Shown here in pieces: positions 1-12,725 of a stretch of DNA of 64,000 nt (the first letter of the stretch is position 1; each line of letters opens with the position of its first letter). The position numbers were made by a program, and so were the translations under genes. Origin of the DNA: Balanoglossus misakiensis (Eukaryota > Animalia > Hemichordata). The notes under the pieces are model-generated. The model made no database searches, was not told the DNA's origin, and saw only the letters and a program-made list of their open reading frames with translations. The stretch is taken from NCBI GenBank assembly GCA_040954595.2, contig CM082597.2, forward strand, positions 6,969,849 through 7,033,848. The letters run 5' to 3'.

Positions 1-39
1 TTTACACAGGTTCAACTGTACATGTATATGTAAACATAC

Positions 40-3000
40 CTGATATTCTTTCAGCTTCCACTGCAAACTCTTGACAAACTTGTCTCATAAAGTCCGCACT
101 TCTGTCATCCAAAAAGAGTCCAATGTAATTTGCAGAATCAAAATATTCAAGATTAACCACTTCTGGACTATTCAACTGAAGTTTGTCAACTGTTTTTTGC
201 AGAGCATGTTCCAAATGAGCTACACTGCTGTCTTCACACTGTAAAACAAAAATATTCACAATCAAAATAAACAATCTTGTCTTGATCAAACTTGAACATT
301 TCAGGTATATTAGTATAGGATTGAACTATATATTTCTTTTAATACTAATAAACTTTTTGGTCATAAAGATTATTTCGCACTTTTTGAAACATACACATTG
401 TACTGCATTGAAATTTAGTATAGGTAAGAGATCGGACCAAATTCAGATTTATTTATTTTGTCCAACATGTGGAATATAGAAATTACTCACATTTAAATTT
501 GAGCCACAGAAGAAATGACATAGAGTGTTTGACTGGTTGAGGTTATTCTGATTCACACTTTCATTTCTAGTTTTATAAGTGATGGCACCTCAGAAATGAA
601 TTTGTAGGGTGTAGTCAAGTAGAACTGACCCCAAAATTGGCATAACCGTGAAGTACGGTACAAATGCGATTTTTTTGCAGAAAATGATAGTTGAGGGGGT
701 ACTGACTCGGAATCAGGTTGATGCCACCTTGGCACCCTTGAGCATTTTTTTTAATAAACGTTTTAAGCCACGCCCACATTTTAAATCTTATAATTACAAA
801 GCCAAAAATGCAATTCATATAAATAATGTCTTGTTTGGTATCAAACTAAAGCTAATGACATGTGAAAAGTAAATATGAACATTATAAGGTTATACGGTCA
901 ATGTCAAGGTCATATAAGGGCATATTAACATTAAACTGGCCACGTGGGGGGGGGGGGGGTTAAATGGACAAAGTCTCTCTCTCTCGCTGCCCTTTTTCCA
1001 TTAATTATGTTTGATACAAGACACCATTTATGTTAATGTACATGAAAAACTCGCCAAAATGAATAATCGGTGTTAACCATTTATTCATTTTGGCGAGATT
1101 TTTACTTTCATATCCTACAAACGGGATGGAAGTTGTGTGTGGTTGAACGTTGATTCACTATATATCCACATGTACATGTAGAATAACAGAAACGATATCT
1201 AGTATCAAACATAATAATTTAATTAATCGAAAAAACGCAGCGAGAGAGAGACTATGTCCCTTTAAACTTCAGCATAAACAAATACCAAAGAATCCACCCA
1301 CATTTTGCCGCTCACTCAGATAGTTCCCTGTTAATTACTTGATTTAATCGATTTACTAACTGTGCATATTCAGAGGCAAATATTCCTCAAATATCCTAGC
1401 CAAATTTCAACATTGTAGTTTATTCAGATATCAACATTTAATTTTTCACACTTTTCAACTTTCATTTTAGGGGGTTTGGACGCAAAGAAATACATTTTGT
1501 TAGTTGAACTAATGTGACAATCTGAAATGGTTCCTAATTTGATGGCCATAATTTTTTGCCTTTAATTCACATGCATCTACTTCCCAATATTGGACTGACT
1601 TTGCATGGTGTTATTCATATTTCTGTAACCTAATCCGTTTTAGCAAACCCCAGGGACTTATGTCATACCACTGGTCTGTGTGCTGTGTGTCTATCTGTGC
1701 CATTGATATCACAAGAGTTATGACTTGAACTCAACTTTGATTGTCAAAACTTTGAGAAAGAAAGTTGAAATACCAGATTAGGAAGTCAAGTTGAAAATAT
1801 CTGGCTGAAGTTTGGCTTGGATTACACACCATAAAAATAGTTGTTTTACAAACAGCAATATGAACTATGTAACCACTGTTCTACATGACAATTAATTTTG
1901 GATTATAGATACTATGACTGATTACTTCATGGATGTGTACTGAAAGGGAAAAAGTCTCTCTCACTCATTGCCCTTTTTACATTAACTATGTTTGATGCAA
2001 GAGAATTTACATACTTCGTCCTAATGAACTAAAACAACAATATATACTGTAAAACACTTTATTTTCGCGAGTTGAAACTTTCGCGATATCGAGAGAGGCC
2101 ACTGTTTCGCGAGATAAATTTTTGCATTCTCTTATTTCATTCACTGCATCGTTACCTTCAAAAGAAATTTACGCGACTTTTTATTTTCATGCTATTTTGG
2201 CTCTCGCGTATTTCACGAAAATGTATTGCTCGCGAAAATCAAGTGTTTTACAGTATTACCTGAAAGAATGAGCAGAGAGTGACGTGTGGAAATAGATTAT
2301 GTGCTCCATTGCGTCCACACTGAGCGAGAGATTTATCCCAGAAATCATTGAGCTGCACACCGATGTCCCCAGCTGGGCAAGCGTAGAGAACATACTCCCT
2401 AGCAACCCGTTGGTCTAATTCTGGATCATGTACGTGCGATAATAACCTGAGAATAACAAAAGATGTGGGCATCCTTTAAAGTTAAACCGATGAAAAAATT
2501 TAAAACTATGTACAATAATGTTTGGAGAAGACTTCTCGGTCTTCCGCCATTTTGCAGTGCATCGGGTATGTTTGCTACAAACCATGTATTGTCACTTGGT
2601 GAAGTTTTTAGACGCAATATGTACAGTTTTAAGCGTAGACTCGAAAATTCTTCTAATGTTTTACTTGATGCGATCTGTTCATCAGATAGAGCGACTGACA
2701 GCATATTTTTCAAACATTGGCGAAAGCAATTGTATATCATGTAATTTTGCAGAGTTTTTTTTTGTGTGTGTGTGTCTCAGTTTCAGATTTTCCAGAGTAT
2801 TTTCATTAGTGTTTTTTTTTTCTTCTCTCTTTTGGGTATATGGACTTTTTTTTAAAGTCTGAAATAAAGTATTATTATTATTATTATTAAAAGAATTTAT
2901 CAGTGTTTTTGCTAAGGCTAAAGGAGCACCGGTAAATGACTTGGGAATCCCGGTAAAGCTCCTGCTATCTACATGTACTAACATGACTGCATTGATCTAC

Positions 3001-5797
3001 CAAGAGGAACCCCAGTACGCGGTAAAATGACTGGGGAACCCCGGTAACATTTACCTGGGTACTGCCCTTAACAAATACACTGTTTATCAATCAATAAGGC
3101 GCAGAGTTACTCAAAATCAAATTGGTGTCTTTTTGTTGATTTTTACATTTGTTGTAATTGTATATTAACCCTAATGCTGCCAAGTCAGTTGAAACTGGTT
3201 TGATTTCCAGGGTGCCTAGAATCCAGGCTCCCAGGCCTGTTAGACTGCCAAGTGTGTGTTAATCAGTAGGGCCTATACAAGACCCTCAGACCAATACAGT
3301 GCAAACCAGTGTGATTTGGTACATTTTTCGGGGGGCTCAGACTGCCAAGTGTGTCTAAGTACATATGAGAGCCATGTCAAGACAGTCAAAATACGTTTTA
3401 GAAGAAAAAAGTGGCAAATTCGTATTTTAAGGGACTTGACACTCTGAACAGGTATGACACCCAGTAGCATTAGGGTTAATTAATCAGTGTCATTTTCCAG
3501 ATTTGTATCAGTGTTTTTGTTAAGGGTGGTACCTAGGTAAAATCTACCGGAGTTCCTCAGACATTTTACTGGGGTTCCCCTGGGTGTATCAATGTAGTTA
3601 TATTAGGGGGTTGTAGTAATGTTACCAGGATTCCCAAATCCATTACCAATGTTCCCCAACCTTAGCAAAAACACTGTGTATATCAATGAATTTTAAATAC
3701 AAAAATAAACAGAAAGCATGGTGTTCCTATCCTTCTTTTTTCAGGTACCATAAAGCTGGTCTGCTGTCTGCCTGTAATCTGTAATGTTACTCATACTCAC
3801 CAATCAGAGGCTAACTGTACACCTTTGTTTCCAGTAGCTGCAAGTGCCTTTTCACTGTAAAAAAAAATGAAGTGTAATTATAGTGACTATAATTTGTTAG
3901 ACTGATTTGAGTTTATTAAATTTTGCATTTGACACATTCAATTGAAATAGTGGACTGCCTTTACTTCCTTCTAATATAATAATATGCACAGTGGTATAGG
4001 TAAACTTCAGTTTTGTCTTTTTAAACCCAATTTCCCGATCGCTGACCCCTTTAATTACTTTCTTTCATAACAGAAGAAGGAGACATGTGTTTGATATGAG
4101 CTGCACGTGGATCTGGGCAAATGTATGTGATCTGCGATACCTGTTGCAAACAAAAAAATGACATTTCTATGATTGGTACTGAAATCCTTGGGATAAGTCG
4201 AACGAGAAATCCACCACATTTGTTTATCAACTCATGAAAACTACTCAGTTGAGACAAGGACAAATCTTGATTTGAAGTACAGCTCAGACAAGATGTCACA
4301 TGTCAAAAAAACAAGAAAGTATATATGTTGTAGCATAGCAACCAATCTGCTGAAGTGACATGATTGATCACAGAGACTCACAAATTATTATCAAAATCAT
4401 TAATATTAGACATTGCAGAAAAAGGGTTAGCATCTAACATCTTGACATTGACATCTCCTACTCACAAGACACACCACAAAGAAATCTGCAACCTGCAAAG
4501 CATGGCATTAAAGGGACAAAGTCTCTTTCTCTCTCGAGTCTGCCCTTTTCCAATTAATTATGTTTGATACATGACACTGTTAATGTTATTCTACATGTGG
4601 ATATACATGTATGTAGTGAATCAACGTTCGACCACATACAACTTCCATTCTGTTTATAGGATATGAGAGTAAAAACTCACCCAAAATGAATAAAAGGTAA
4701 AGAACGATTATTCATTTTGGGGAGTTTTTTCACTTTCGTGTCTACAAGCGGTATGGAAGGTGTGTGTGGTTGAACGTTGATTCATAGTATATATCCACAT
4801 GTAGAATAACATAAATGGTGTGTTTATCAACATATAATTAAAGGTATACGGTCACCTATACAAATTTAGCCACAGTTACCATGGTAAATCGAGATCTAAC
4901 CAATCACAGATTTTCAGTGGGTGGCACACGCGAAAATAAAGTGTTCTTTAGAACACTCAAATACGCCATTTCAATTATATATGGCGATATGTAAATTGGA
5001 GGTGACCGTATACCTTTAATGGAAAAGAGGCAGTGAGAGAGAGACTTTGTCCTTTTAACCTTTCTTCTATCAACAAAAACGATGTGTTACTTGACAGACA
5101 TCGACAGCCCTTGATGACTCAGTGACCTCACGCGTCCACTGCACTGTGACAGGAAGTGACAATGCTGTGAACATTATTTGCAGGTTCAGTCTGGAAAAGC
5201 AATCGATTGTGGGCACACTGGCGAAATCGTCAAAACTTGAATTATCGCGTTAAATATACGGATCGTGAAAAGAACATATTGTGTTTCTATAACTTCAGTA
5301 TAGCTATCTATCCAGCCAGTGTTAATTCTGGGACTACAAAACCAGGGGTCCACCACTGTTTCCTCTTTCCGGGTAGAACTAAATGTACGCCTGTCTGTTT
5401 ACATTGCAATCTCTGGTGTTATTTTGACTGAACGATGACGTGCATCACAGAGAAACGCTCGTCCAAGCTTTCAAGTCTCATGTCGTATATAACTGACAGC
5501 GTAGAGAAGCCAATGCTGCAGCTGTCAGCGTGTAACTAAGACTCTGGGAGACGGGGACAAACTTGGGAGGAGCCCATCCCACGACATTTGACAACTTCCT
5601 GGTACGAGACTTTCCTCTCCATGTCACGACTGGTCGCGATTGCAGCAAAGCGAACGGCTAAATATTTTACTACGAAGACCTACTTACATCCTGTGTTTGG
5701 AAAACCCCATGTTCATAAGAATCTGCAACGAAGACAGGTTCTTTTTGATGGTCGCTGCATCTTCGCTACGTCTCCTTGTTGGAAGTTTTGCAGCCAT
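40..5797 (-). CDS. UBASH3B: UBASH3/Sts (TULA/EPPase-like) protein, 5' exons (UBA and 2H-phosphoesterase domains); gene continues off the left edge
   Basis: Phase-consistent GT-AG exons 5797-5688, 3854-3801, 2446-2260 and 238-40 give [10 protein letters not shown]...[58 protein letters not shown]...[19 protein letters not shown]... The UBA MGF motif, DWLLSH, REYVLY and the PHVTL (HxT) 2H motif are characteristic of this family. The symbol indicates the family only. Confidence 0.9.
964..1261. mobile_element. Fold-back MITE with TTAA target site (Kolobok-like), internally deleted copy
   Basis: TTAA|ATGGACAAAGTCTCTCTCTCTCGCTG ... CAGCGAGAGAGAGACTATGTCCCT|TTAA. Same family as 4512-5054, with a further partial end at ~1943-2005. 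Confidence 0.75.
2047..2253. mobile_element. Tc1/mariner-type MITE with TA target site
   Basis: TA|CTGTAAAACACTTTATTTTCGCGAG ... CTCGCGAAAATCAAGTGTTTTACAG|TA; ~25-bp terminal inverted repeats (TIRs). Confidence 0.8.
2463..2890 (+). mobile_element. 5'-truncated non-LTR retrotransposon (RTE-X/CR1-like ORF2 C-terminus plus 3' tail)
   Basis: ORF 2463-2744 ([21 protein letters not shown]...[11 protein letters not shown]) resembles the C-terminus of LINE ORF2. It is followed by a T-rich 3' UTR, AATAAA and an (ATT)n tail, with a possible AAAAGA target-site duplication (TSD). Confidence 0.75.
2901..3082. mobile_element. hAT-like MITE with 5-bp TSD, copy 1
   Basis: TTTAT|CAGTGTTTTTGCTAAGG ... CCTTAACAAATACACTG|TTTAT. 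Confidence 0.75.
3169..3475. mobile_element. piggyBac-like MITE
   Basis: TTAA|CCCTAATGCTGC ... GTAGCATTAGGG|TTAA; internal direct repeats AGACTGCCAAGTGTGT. Confidence 0.7.
3509..3676. mobile_element. hAT-like MITE with 5-bp TSD, copy 2 (opposite orientation to copy 1)
   Basis: TGTAT|CAGTGTTTTTGTTAAGG ... CCTTAGCAAAAACACTG|TGTAT; the interior is a reverse-complement homolog of 2901-3082. Confidence 0.75.
4512..5054. mobile_element. Fold-back Kolobok-like MITE carrying a nested insertion
   Basis: TTAA|AGGGACAAAGTCTC ... GAGACTTTGTCCTT|TTAA; long imperfect palindrome centred near 4700. Confidence 0.8.
4842..5015. mobile_element. Nested Kolobok-like MITE (174 bp)
   Basis: TTAA|AGGTATACGGTCACCT ... 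AGGTGACCGTATACCT|TTAA; perfect 16-bp TIRs. Confidence 0.85.
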
Positions 5798-6199
5798 TTT
5801 CAATGTTGTAGACCCACTAGGACCGTGTGAACTATTACTTCTGTGTAAGATCCCCTAGCCTGGTGACAAAAGACTGCGGATTCTTTCAGTGTAGCGCAGC
5901 CAGCGGCGGGAATGGGACAGGAGCCGTAGACTTATTGGGACACAGAGCTTCTTGCAATGAATTATTACAGAAAGAAATATATTATAAAGAAGAGAGTATT
6001 ATTAATCCCCCAACCAGCACAGCCCGGGCTTGCAGGTTCACGTACCGTTGCTTGGATAAGCTGATACATGCAAGGCGGCTGGCCGCCACTGGCACTACAC
6101 TAACTAACGTTTATACGGGAAACTGTGTAGCCCGCAGCCCACAAAATAAAAAAAACACGTCGCCGTTCCCTACATCTGATGTTAATCAGAATGGCTTAC

Positions 6200-6553
6200 C
6201 TCTACCAATCCTTCATCCGGGAGATAGTTCATACTGTTGAAAGTGCATTGCTTGATATTCGGTTCTTGCATTATCCAGGACATCTCTTTCACTGTAGTCT
6301 TCACTATGTCTTTTAACTTAGCCATTGTAAGAGCTTCTTCGTTACCCTTCAAAGACAAAATAAATAATGCTGTCGACTGTAATTACAATAATTCATCCTC
6401 CGATTAATTCCTTAAATTTCATGACCTATAAATTCGTGGTTAATGGTTATGTTAAATGGAGAATATTATTTTGATGCATTATTTCCGGTCGTTACTTACA
6501 AAACATACTAACATACACACACATATACGCGCACACGCACGCACACACCCACC

Positions 6554-6592
<39 letters not shown>

Positions 6593-9500
6593 GCACACAC
6601 CCCACCCCCCACACACAAACAAACAAACAAACAAACAGAGCTACAATATTTCTTGTCAAATGTATGTAATGGTTTTTAATATGCTACTTTGCTGTTGTAA
6701 CCGCTACGACCAATCATGGTTTAAAATTACCGGACTGCCATTTACAAACTAAACACGAGGCCCTTTACAGATCACATTTACATCACATCGAAATACCTAG
6801 ACTCTCTCACAGCCCCTCTCGCCGTCCATGCAGGCTTATGGTCTGATTGCATGTGTGCCCGGCGAGCTCGAGAGGTTCGCTGCAAAACACCATATGGGGC
6901 TTCTCCTTTGTTAACCGGTTGAGGGCGCGTCAGTGAAGAGCCCTGTAGGGAACCGTGGGTTGTGCGAGAGTCTACAAAACTCCCTACTACATGTCACAGT
7001 TTAACTCGCGGGTCACCAGCGCTGCCTACTCGACGGAATGGTTGAGGTAAGCCAGGTAGAAATTGAATTAACTGATTAATATTGATTGCTACCGTTTTTT
7101 ATGAACTAATGCAAGGGAACGTTTACTTTCAAGAAACTGGTTTAGCCACCGTTGTCTCTGCTATGACTTAGGGCCTGGTCAGAATTAACAGGGGGGGGGG
7201 GAGGCCGGTGCGATTCAAAATCCGCATGCATGAAAAATACTGACCCTCCACTGATTTCTTGCACAAAAAATGCTGACCCTCCCCCTTCTCCATGAACAAA
7301 ATCAAGTGACCCTCCCCACAATATCCGATGATTCATTCTGATTTGTACAATCAGATATTACTCAGTCAAACCAGGCAAAGTTCACATGTGTACAGATAAT
7401 TGTAGACCACTATTAAATACACCTCAGTTAGTTATTTGCTTGTTTCCTCCAAAGTGTGACATTTGCAGTACATGAATACTTTGATTCCTATGGTTTTTAA
7501 ATATTGATTTTGAAATTTTCACTCTAATTCCTCAACATACTTTTCCTAGATAAGTAGAGTTATATGTACTTCATATCATTGTTAGTATCTAAAACAGAAA
7601 AAGTTATTAAATGGACAACCTCGATGATACAAATCATGGAGAATTGTGGGTAAAATATCGTACTGTGCTCCCCTTCCCTTAAGAAATTAGGGTTAGGGTT
7701 AGGGTTAGGGGATTTAAGATCACATACTGGTACATGTGTATGTTTTGTGAGTTGTGTGATGTATTTTGTAGTACAAGGGATGTCAATACATCCATACAGG
7801 AGTGCCTATATGAGCGCAAGTCCCTTTTCACGATTTCTCTGTAACACTTCAAATTTTTGACATTATCGGTGTCATCCTTGCACAAAAATTAGTGACCCTC
7901 CCCTTGACAAGTGCCCAAAATGTAGCGGCCCTCCCCCAAACCGCTGCATGAGAAATGGTGACCCTCCCCCCAATCGCACCGCCCCCCCTGTTAATTCTGA
8001 CCAGGCCCTTACATATGAAATATGAGTTGTATAGTAGTCAATTGTACTACAATTTGCAATGTAATTTTACCGCATCCGTGATTTCTGCTATACCCATGCA
8101 TCAACTACAGAAATCATGGCCGAATGATTGGGTTACGGTCAAAGGCTAACTATTGAGATGCGCAAACGGTAGAAATGTATCAAGGCTGGAACGGGAAGAA
8201 AGAGTCGGGATTTATTTATCTATAAATGCCGATATTTTGTCTAGTGGAAAAATGTTGGGCTGCAATCAAATATACCTCACTTGGGAAGAGGACGGAATTA
8301 TTATTTTTTTTTGGGGGGGGGGGTTCGAAAATTCTGACACCATGGGACACCTGTAAGATATTTTGAATGCCGAGTGGTACTTTTTCAAAGATATATATAT
8401 ATAAACAGTATATATGTAATAAATAAACAAACCAAAGTTCAATTCAGGTGACGTGGCTCGGCTGATGTCCCCGTGTTACATGAGACTACTTAGTGACTGA
8501 CCGTGACTGACCGAACTAGATTTAGGTCAATGCATTGTATATTGAGTGCACCTCGTCGGGGGTGGGGGTGTTGATTTACTCATGACCTGAATTGTATTTA
8601 GGCCAATCATGACTGGAATTATGTGAAAGCCATTGCTGGTAAGTCGTGTAATTAAAGTAACAAGAATATTAGTATCAAAGCTATTTTAACAGGTACTTTT
8701 ACAAGGAAATTTTACCATAAAAGTTGAGTTTCTGTTTTTTTTGTCATATTGCAGCTTGGTACGAAGTGAAGGGTTTTCTTCACTATACAGACACAGTGCC
8801 AAGTCTGTTATATTTATCTAAGAAGAATGACGAATACGCTGAGGTTTGTTTGCATCGTGATAATATGTTTCCTGTCAGTAGTAATTCTACGAGTTTGGAT
8901 AGGTATGTATATACGTGATATGTAGATATTACAGCACGTACGATCGATCAGAATTCATTGCTGCTGTAAACTCTTTTTCAATTTGAAATAAAACGCGACT
9001 TCTTACCGTATTTTATTTTCAGGCTTTTCCAAGGAAGGGCGATCAAACACACTCTTGGAATATGCGACAAAAGTACATTTGAAAGATGCTCCGGTAAGGA
9101 TCAACACGTATGCAGGTTCCTCCACAAGTCGGCAATCATTCTCTGCCATCTCCTTTAGTAAACAATGTCAGACAGATTTCCTTCAAACATGCTACAAGAA
9201 CAATGTAGTACAAGTCACCTTTCAAGGATAAAACTTTTCTAAACATTATCAGCCCTTTTGCAGACATGCCCTGACTTCATACCATGATTTCTTCCAATCA
9301 GCGTGAAATCAGCGGGGAATATGTCATTGACAATGATTTGTTGGTCGTGTGTCTGGCATGCACACCGTTTTTGCGACGTGTTTACTGAACACAAACAGAT
9401 CCCAGTAAAAACACGTTTGTTTCTTTTAATTACAGACCACCTTTCCAACGCACCGTTCTCTCTTGAGCGAGATCTTTAATCAAAGAAGATATAATGTGGA

Positions 9501-10694
9501 ACTCGGTTGCAAACATTTCATGAACGACAGAATGGACGAGGAGAACACGCGGCCAAATGTAACCCTGCAAGATAAACGCCTGATAGTTGACGACAAACAT
9601 AAAATAATGTTCTGCATTATTGCCAAGGTCGGCACATCCCAGTGGAGATATACATTTTTGAAACTTGCCGGAACTTTGCGCCCGGACAAAGGAGTACATT
9701 CTCAACCTCTCAAAATGGCCCAGAGTTTTATGCCGAAATACAAAAACTACACCAAGATCATGTTTGTACGACATCCATTTGAGCGGTTGCTGTCCGCTTT
9801 CCTTGATAAATTTATAGAAAACCCCGAATATAGGTTCCTAAAGGCGTATGGTAAGGACATACGGCAAGTCCCAAACCAAAATGGATCAGTAGATGATAGT
9901 TTAACCTTCGACAAATTTGTGACCTTTTTGCTGAAAAGAAAGCCTAGCAACATCCACTGGAAACCATACTACAAAGCATGTGATCCTTGCAGAATAAGGT
10001 ATGATTATATCGGAAAATTGGAGAGTCTTTATGCTGACGCGCAATACATTTTCAATGCAACAAATGTAACCGTCGAGATTAATGCAAAAGGTCCAGGCCA
10101 CGCGACAAATAGTTCCACCAAGATCAGAAGTTTCTACAGACAGCTGAGCAAGGAACAAGTACTTGGACTATATGAGATGTATTACGAGGACTTTATATTG
10201 TTTGGGTATCCATATCCACGTTTTTATCTGGACATGGCTACAAGCTGAATACTTCGAGTTGTGTAAATTGTATTTGTGGTGGGATTTTCGCACTTCCACT
10301 TCTCATTCCACTTCACTTCAACAGTTCTTGACTGCTTGTGGTTGTTTTTATTTTTCATGGAATATTTTACTAATTGACATCTGGTCTTTTCTTCGTGGGA
10401 AACTGTTATGTATATTTCTTGAAACGTAGCTACGTTGTATGTCTCTGAATACTTCTCTGTAATTATGGAATTTCAGCGAATAAACTATTTAATTTCCAAG
10501 GCGTACACGATTAATTGGGCCAGTGTAGAAAACTAAAATAACGCTGGCAATAGTAACGGTCATGCTGAACTGAAAGTGTCATCCAGTGAAATCGAACTTG
10601 GGTCAACAGGTCTATGGGGCACACCATTGACGTCGTACATACGTGTGGCAGGCGTGCATCGTTCATATGGCAGTGCCCCGAGGATACACACACA

Positions 10695-10750
<56 letters not shown>

Positions 10751-11419
10751 CATACATACATACATACATACATACATACATACATACATACATACATACA
10801 TACATACATACATACATACATGCATGCATGCATGCATACACATGTCATGTCTCCCAATTGTGGGTAATACACGTTCTCGGGTGAGGGTGAAGGTTGATGA
10901 AGAGACGGGAACACATGCGGAGTGTAGATTTAAACGCCGATGACTTTATTTAGAAAGGTCAGCCGTGGACATACAGGACAAGCCTGCAGTCCCGGCTGGA
11001 CCAGCGGAACGACCGCACTCCTAGAATTCTCGAACTGAACTCCTTTCTTACCAAGATACAGAATCATTTTTAAACACATCAAACTGCCCGCGTGGGGTCT
11101 TTACAAAACACTATTGTTCTTCGCCCAAGCTGTGAACGCCGGTAGTCAAAATGTAAATTAGTTACAGCTAGCCACCAGTATGTAAAATTCTTTATGTGAG
11201 TGTGAATTGGTGATTTCGGATGGAATTTCTGGCGTCCCCGCAGCCCCTAACAACGTCATATTGATGTCATGACACACAAAAACAGAATGTAATACATATT
11301 GAAATAACAATATTACATACCTCTTCGTCCGTCAGCAAACACATGTCACAATTTGCGTTACCGTGATTTACGATAAAAACCCATGTTGCAAGAAGACAGG
11401 AGAAACGAATAAATACCAT
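6200..11419 (-). CDS. Orphan secreted or membrane protein, first two coding exons (3' part unresolved)
   Basis: Exon 11434-11321 has a strong acceptor, GCCATGG start at 11419 and GTATGT donor, and encodes a signal-peptide-like MVFIRFSCLLATWVFIVNHGNA followed by NCDMCLLTDEE. An open phase-0/0 exon at 6346-6200 (GNEEALTMAKLKDIVKTTVKEMSWIMQEPNIKQCTFNSMNYLPDEGLVE, donor GTAAGC) is phase-compatible. Joining the two exons is an inference. Confidence 0.5.
6512..6638. repeat. Compound microsatellite (CA)n/(CACG)n/(CACC)n/(AAAC)n
   Basis: Directly visible. Confidence 0.9.
6798..6974. mobile_element. ~175-bp MITE; the same family is captured in the long units of the tandem array
   Basis: TIRs TAGACTCTCTCACAGCCC ... 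GGGTTGTGCGAGAGTCTA. Reverse-complement homologs lie at ~23250-23400, 27400-27560, 30780-30937 and 34195-34353. Confidence 0.75.
7171..8008. mobile_element. PIF/Harbinger-like non-autonomous element (838 bp)
   Basis: TTA|GGGCCTGGTCAGAATTAACAGGGGGG ... CCCCCCTGTTAATTCTGACCAGGCCC|TTA; 3-bp TSD and subterminal TGACCCTCCCC repeats. Confidence 0.85.
8827..10248 (+). CDS. Carbohydrate sulfotransferase (Sulfotransfer_2 family, CHST11-like), ~319 aa, type II Golgi membrane protein
   Basis: Exons 8827-8902, 9023-9093 and 9436-10248 are in phase. N-terminal TM segment MTNTLRFVCIVIICFLSVVILRVW; 5'-PSB CIIAKVGTSQWR; 3'-PB FVRHPFERLLSAFLDKF; also HWKPYYKACDPC, YDYIGKLESL and YYEDFILFGY. Confidence 0.93.
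10686..10842. repeat. Compound microsatellite (CACG)n(CATA)n(CATG)n
   Basis: Directly visible; explains the low-complexity ORFs at 10511-10943. Confidence 0.95.
10843..11274 (-). mobile_element. Solo LTR (Gypsy-type, 432 bp)
   Basis: CACA|TGTCATG ... CATGACA|CACA: TG..CA ends with a 7-bp inverted repeat and a 4-bp TSD. AATAAA on the minus strand at ~10945-10950. Confidence 0.7.
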
Positions 11420-11901
11420 GGCTTCAAAATACCGCTGAAGAGAAAAGCACAAACAAACTATCGGCCACAAATCTGTAAGAAGAAAAATTACATACTTGAT
11501 CGATATGCTAAGAAATATATCAAATTTAGCCAACAGTTTTAACAACTAGTTCGAAGTATCGAGCAAGCATAATACTAAGAGGAAAAATTAATGCAACGAC
11601 CTGTTAATTTTCAAATTATGCAAGTTGTCTTTCATTACTTGAGAGCTACTTTATCAATCCACTCCCTCATGTTTGAAAATAAAAAAGTGCAGTATTCTGG
11701 CTGAAAATTCGTCCAGGTCAGAAACTTGTTCAGACAGGCAGTGACATAATTTTGAAATAGGACATTTTACAGATATCCCTGTGTGTTCTAATAGAAATAA
11801 ATAAAATTGCATAACGGTATTGTTATTACAAAGCGATGGGCAGTAGCTTTAGACAGATGTTAGCCACCGGACCAGGGATGGAATACAGTGTTAGAGCTTA
11901 C

Positions 11902-11982
11902 CTGCTGGCGAAAATTCTAGAAGCGACGTGCAGTATGCGTTGTGCAGCGAATTTATAAACCTATTCAAACAGGTTGACGTCA
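11902..11982 (-). promoter_or_regulatory. Putative promoter and non-coding first exon of the orphan gene (CRE, TATA, splice donor)
   Basis: Perfect CRE palindrome TGACGTCA at 11975-11982, TATAAA at ~11952-11957, and a strong minus-strand donor CAG|GTAAGC at 11902/11901. Confidence 0.45.
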
Positions 11983-12270
11983 TTAATATGCACAGAAAGA
12001 AGTCATTTACAATTATCGTCTTGTTGACGGACATGAATTAATATATGTGAGTTTCTCCACCTGGCCAGGATCGAACTGATAAATGTTCCATTGGGGAGTG
12101 ACAAGAGAATTCAATACCAGAAAATAAGATCGATAGAAAAGTGAAAAATGTTTATGTAGCCGCTGTGTTTATGCGACCGTCCTTCGAATTGCGACATTCA
12201 TTGCCATTATGTTTTTGGTTTCTTGGTTTCTGTCCAGGAAATAATCTTGGTTCAGAGTGTTGCGACTATG

Positions 12271-12725
12271 AGGTTATTACGAAAATACCGCAAAGTATGC
12301 ACGAGGACATTAGCGCTGAGTATCGCCCGACGCGTATAGCGGAGGGCGATGCGCTGCGCTAATGTCCGAGTGCATACTTTGCGGTATTTTCGTAATAACC
12401 TTATTATTATACATCTTACATCTCCGATAGTTCTTGTTTTGCATGTTACTTGGTTTTCAAAACGCCCAAAATGCCGATACAATCGATCGAAAACCGCTCA
12501 GTGAGCAGCCATCTTTCTTTTTTGTTTACGTACGTGCGCGTGCATTGGAGTGGGGGCGCCTTGAAACCGTCCGCATAACAACGCATACCTGTACACGGTG
12601 AGTTGGGGCGCCTTGAAACCTAAAACTTATTTAACGCGCGTTCCGTACGTACCGTTCCGTACGGCTTTTTATTGCACGCCAAAATCTATTGTTCTCGGCA
12701 CTAGATGTATAATAATGAATAATAT
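12271..12725. mobile_element. Palindrome-ended (Crypton-like) non-autonomous element
   Basis: Hairpin 12271-12401 with perfect 32-bp arms, followed by ATTATTATACATCT, whose inverted copy AGATGTATAATAAT lies at ~12703-12716. The interior is CpG-rich. The family assignment is an inference. Confidence 0.55.

Noticed and set aside
10511-10943. MCMHAC.../HARTHART... ORFs
   Set aside because: Translations of microsatellites.
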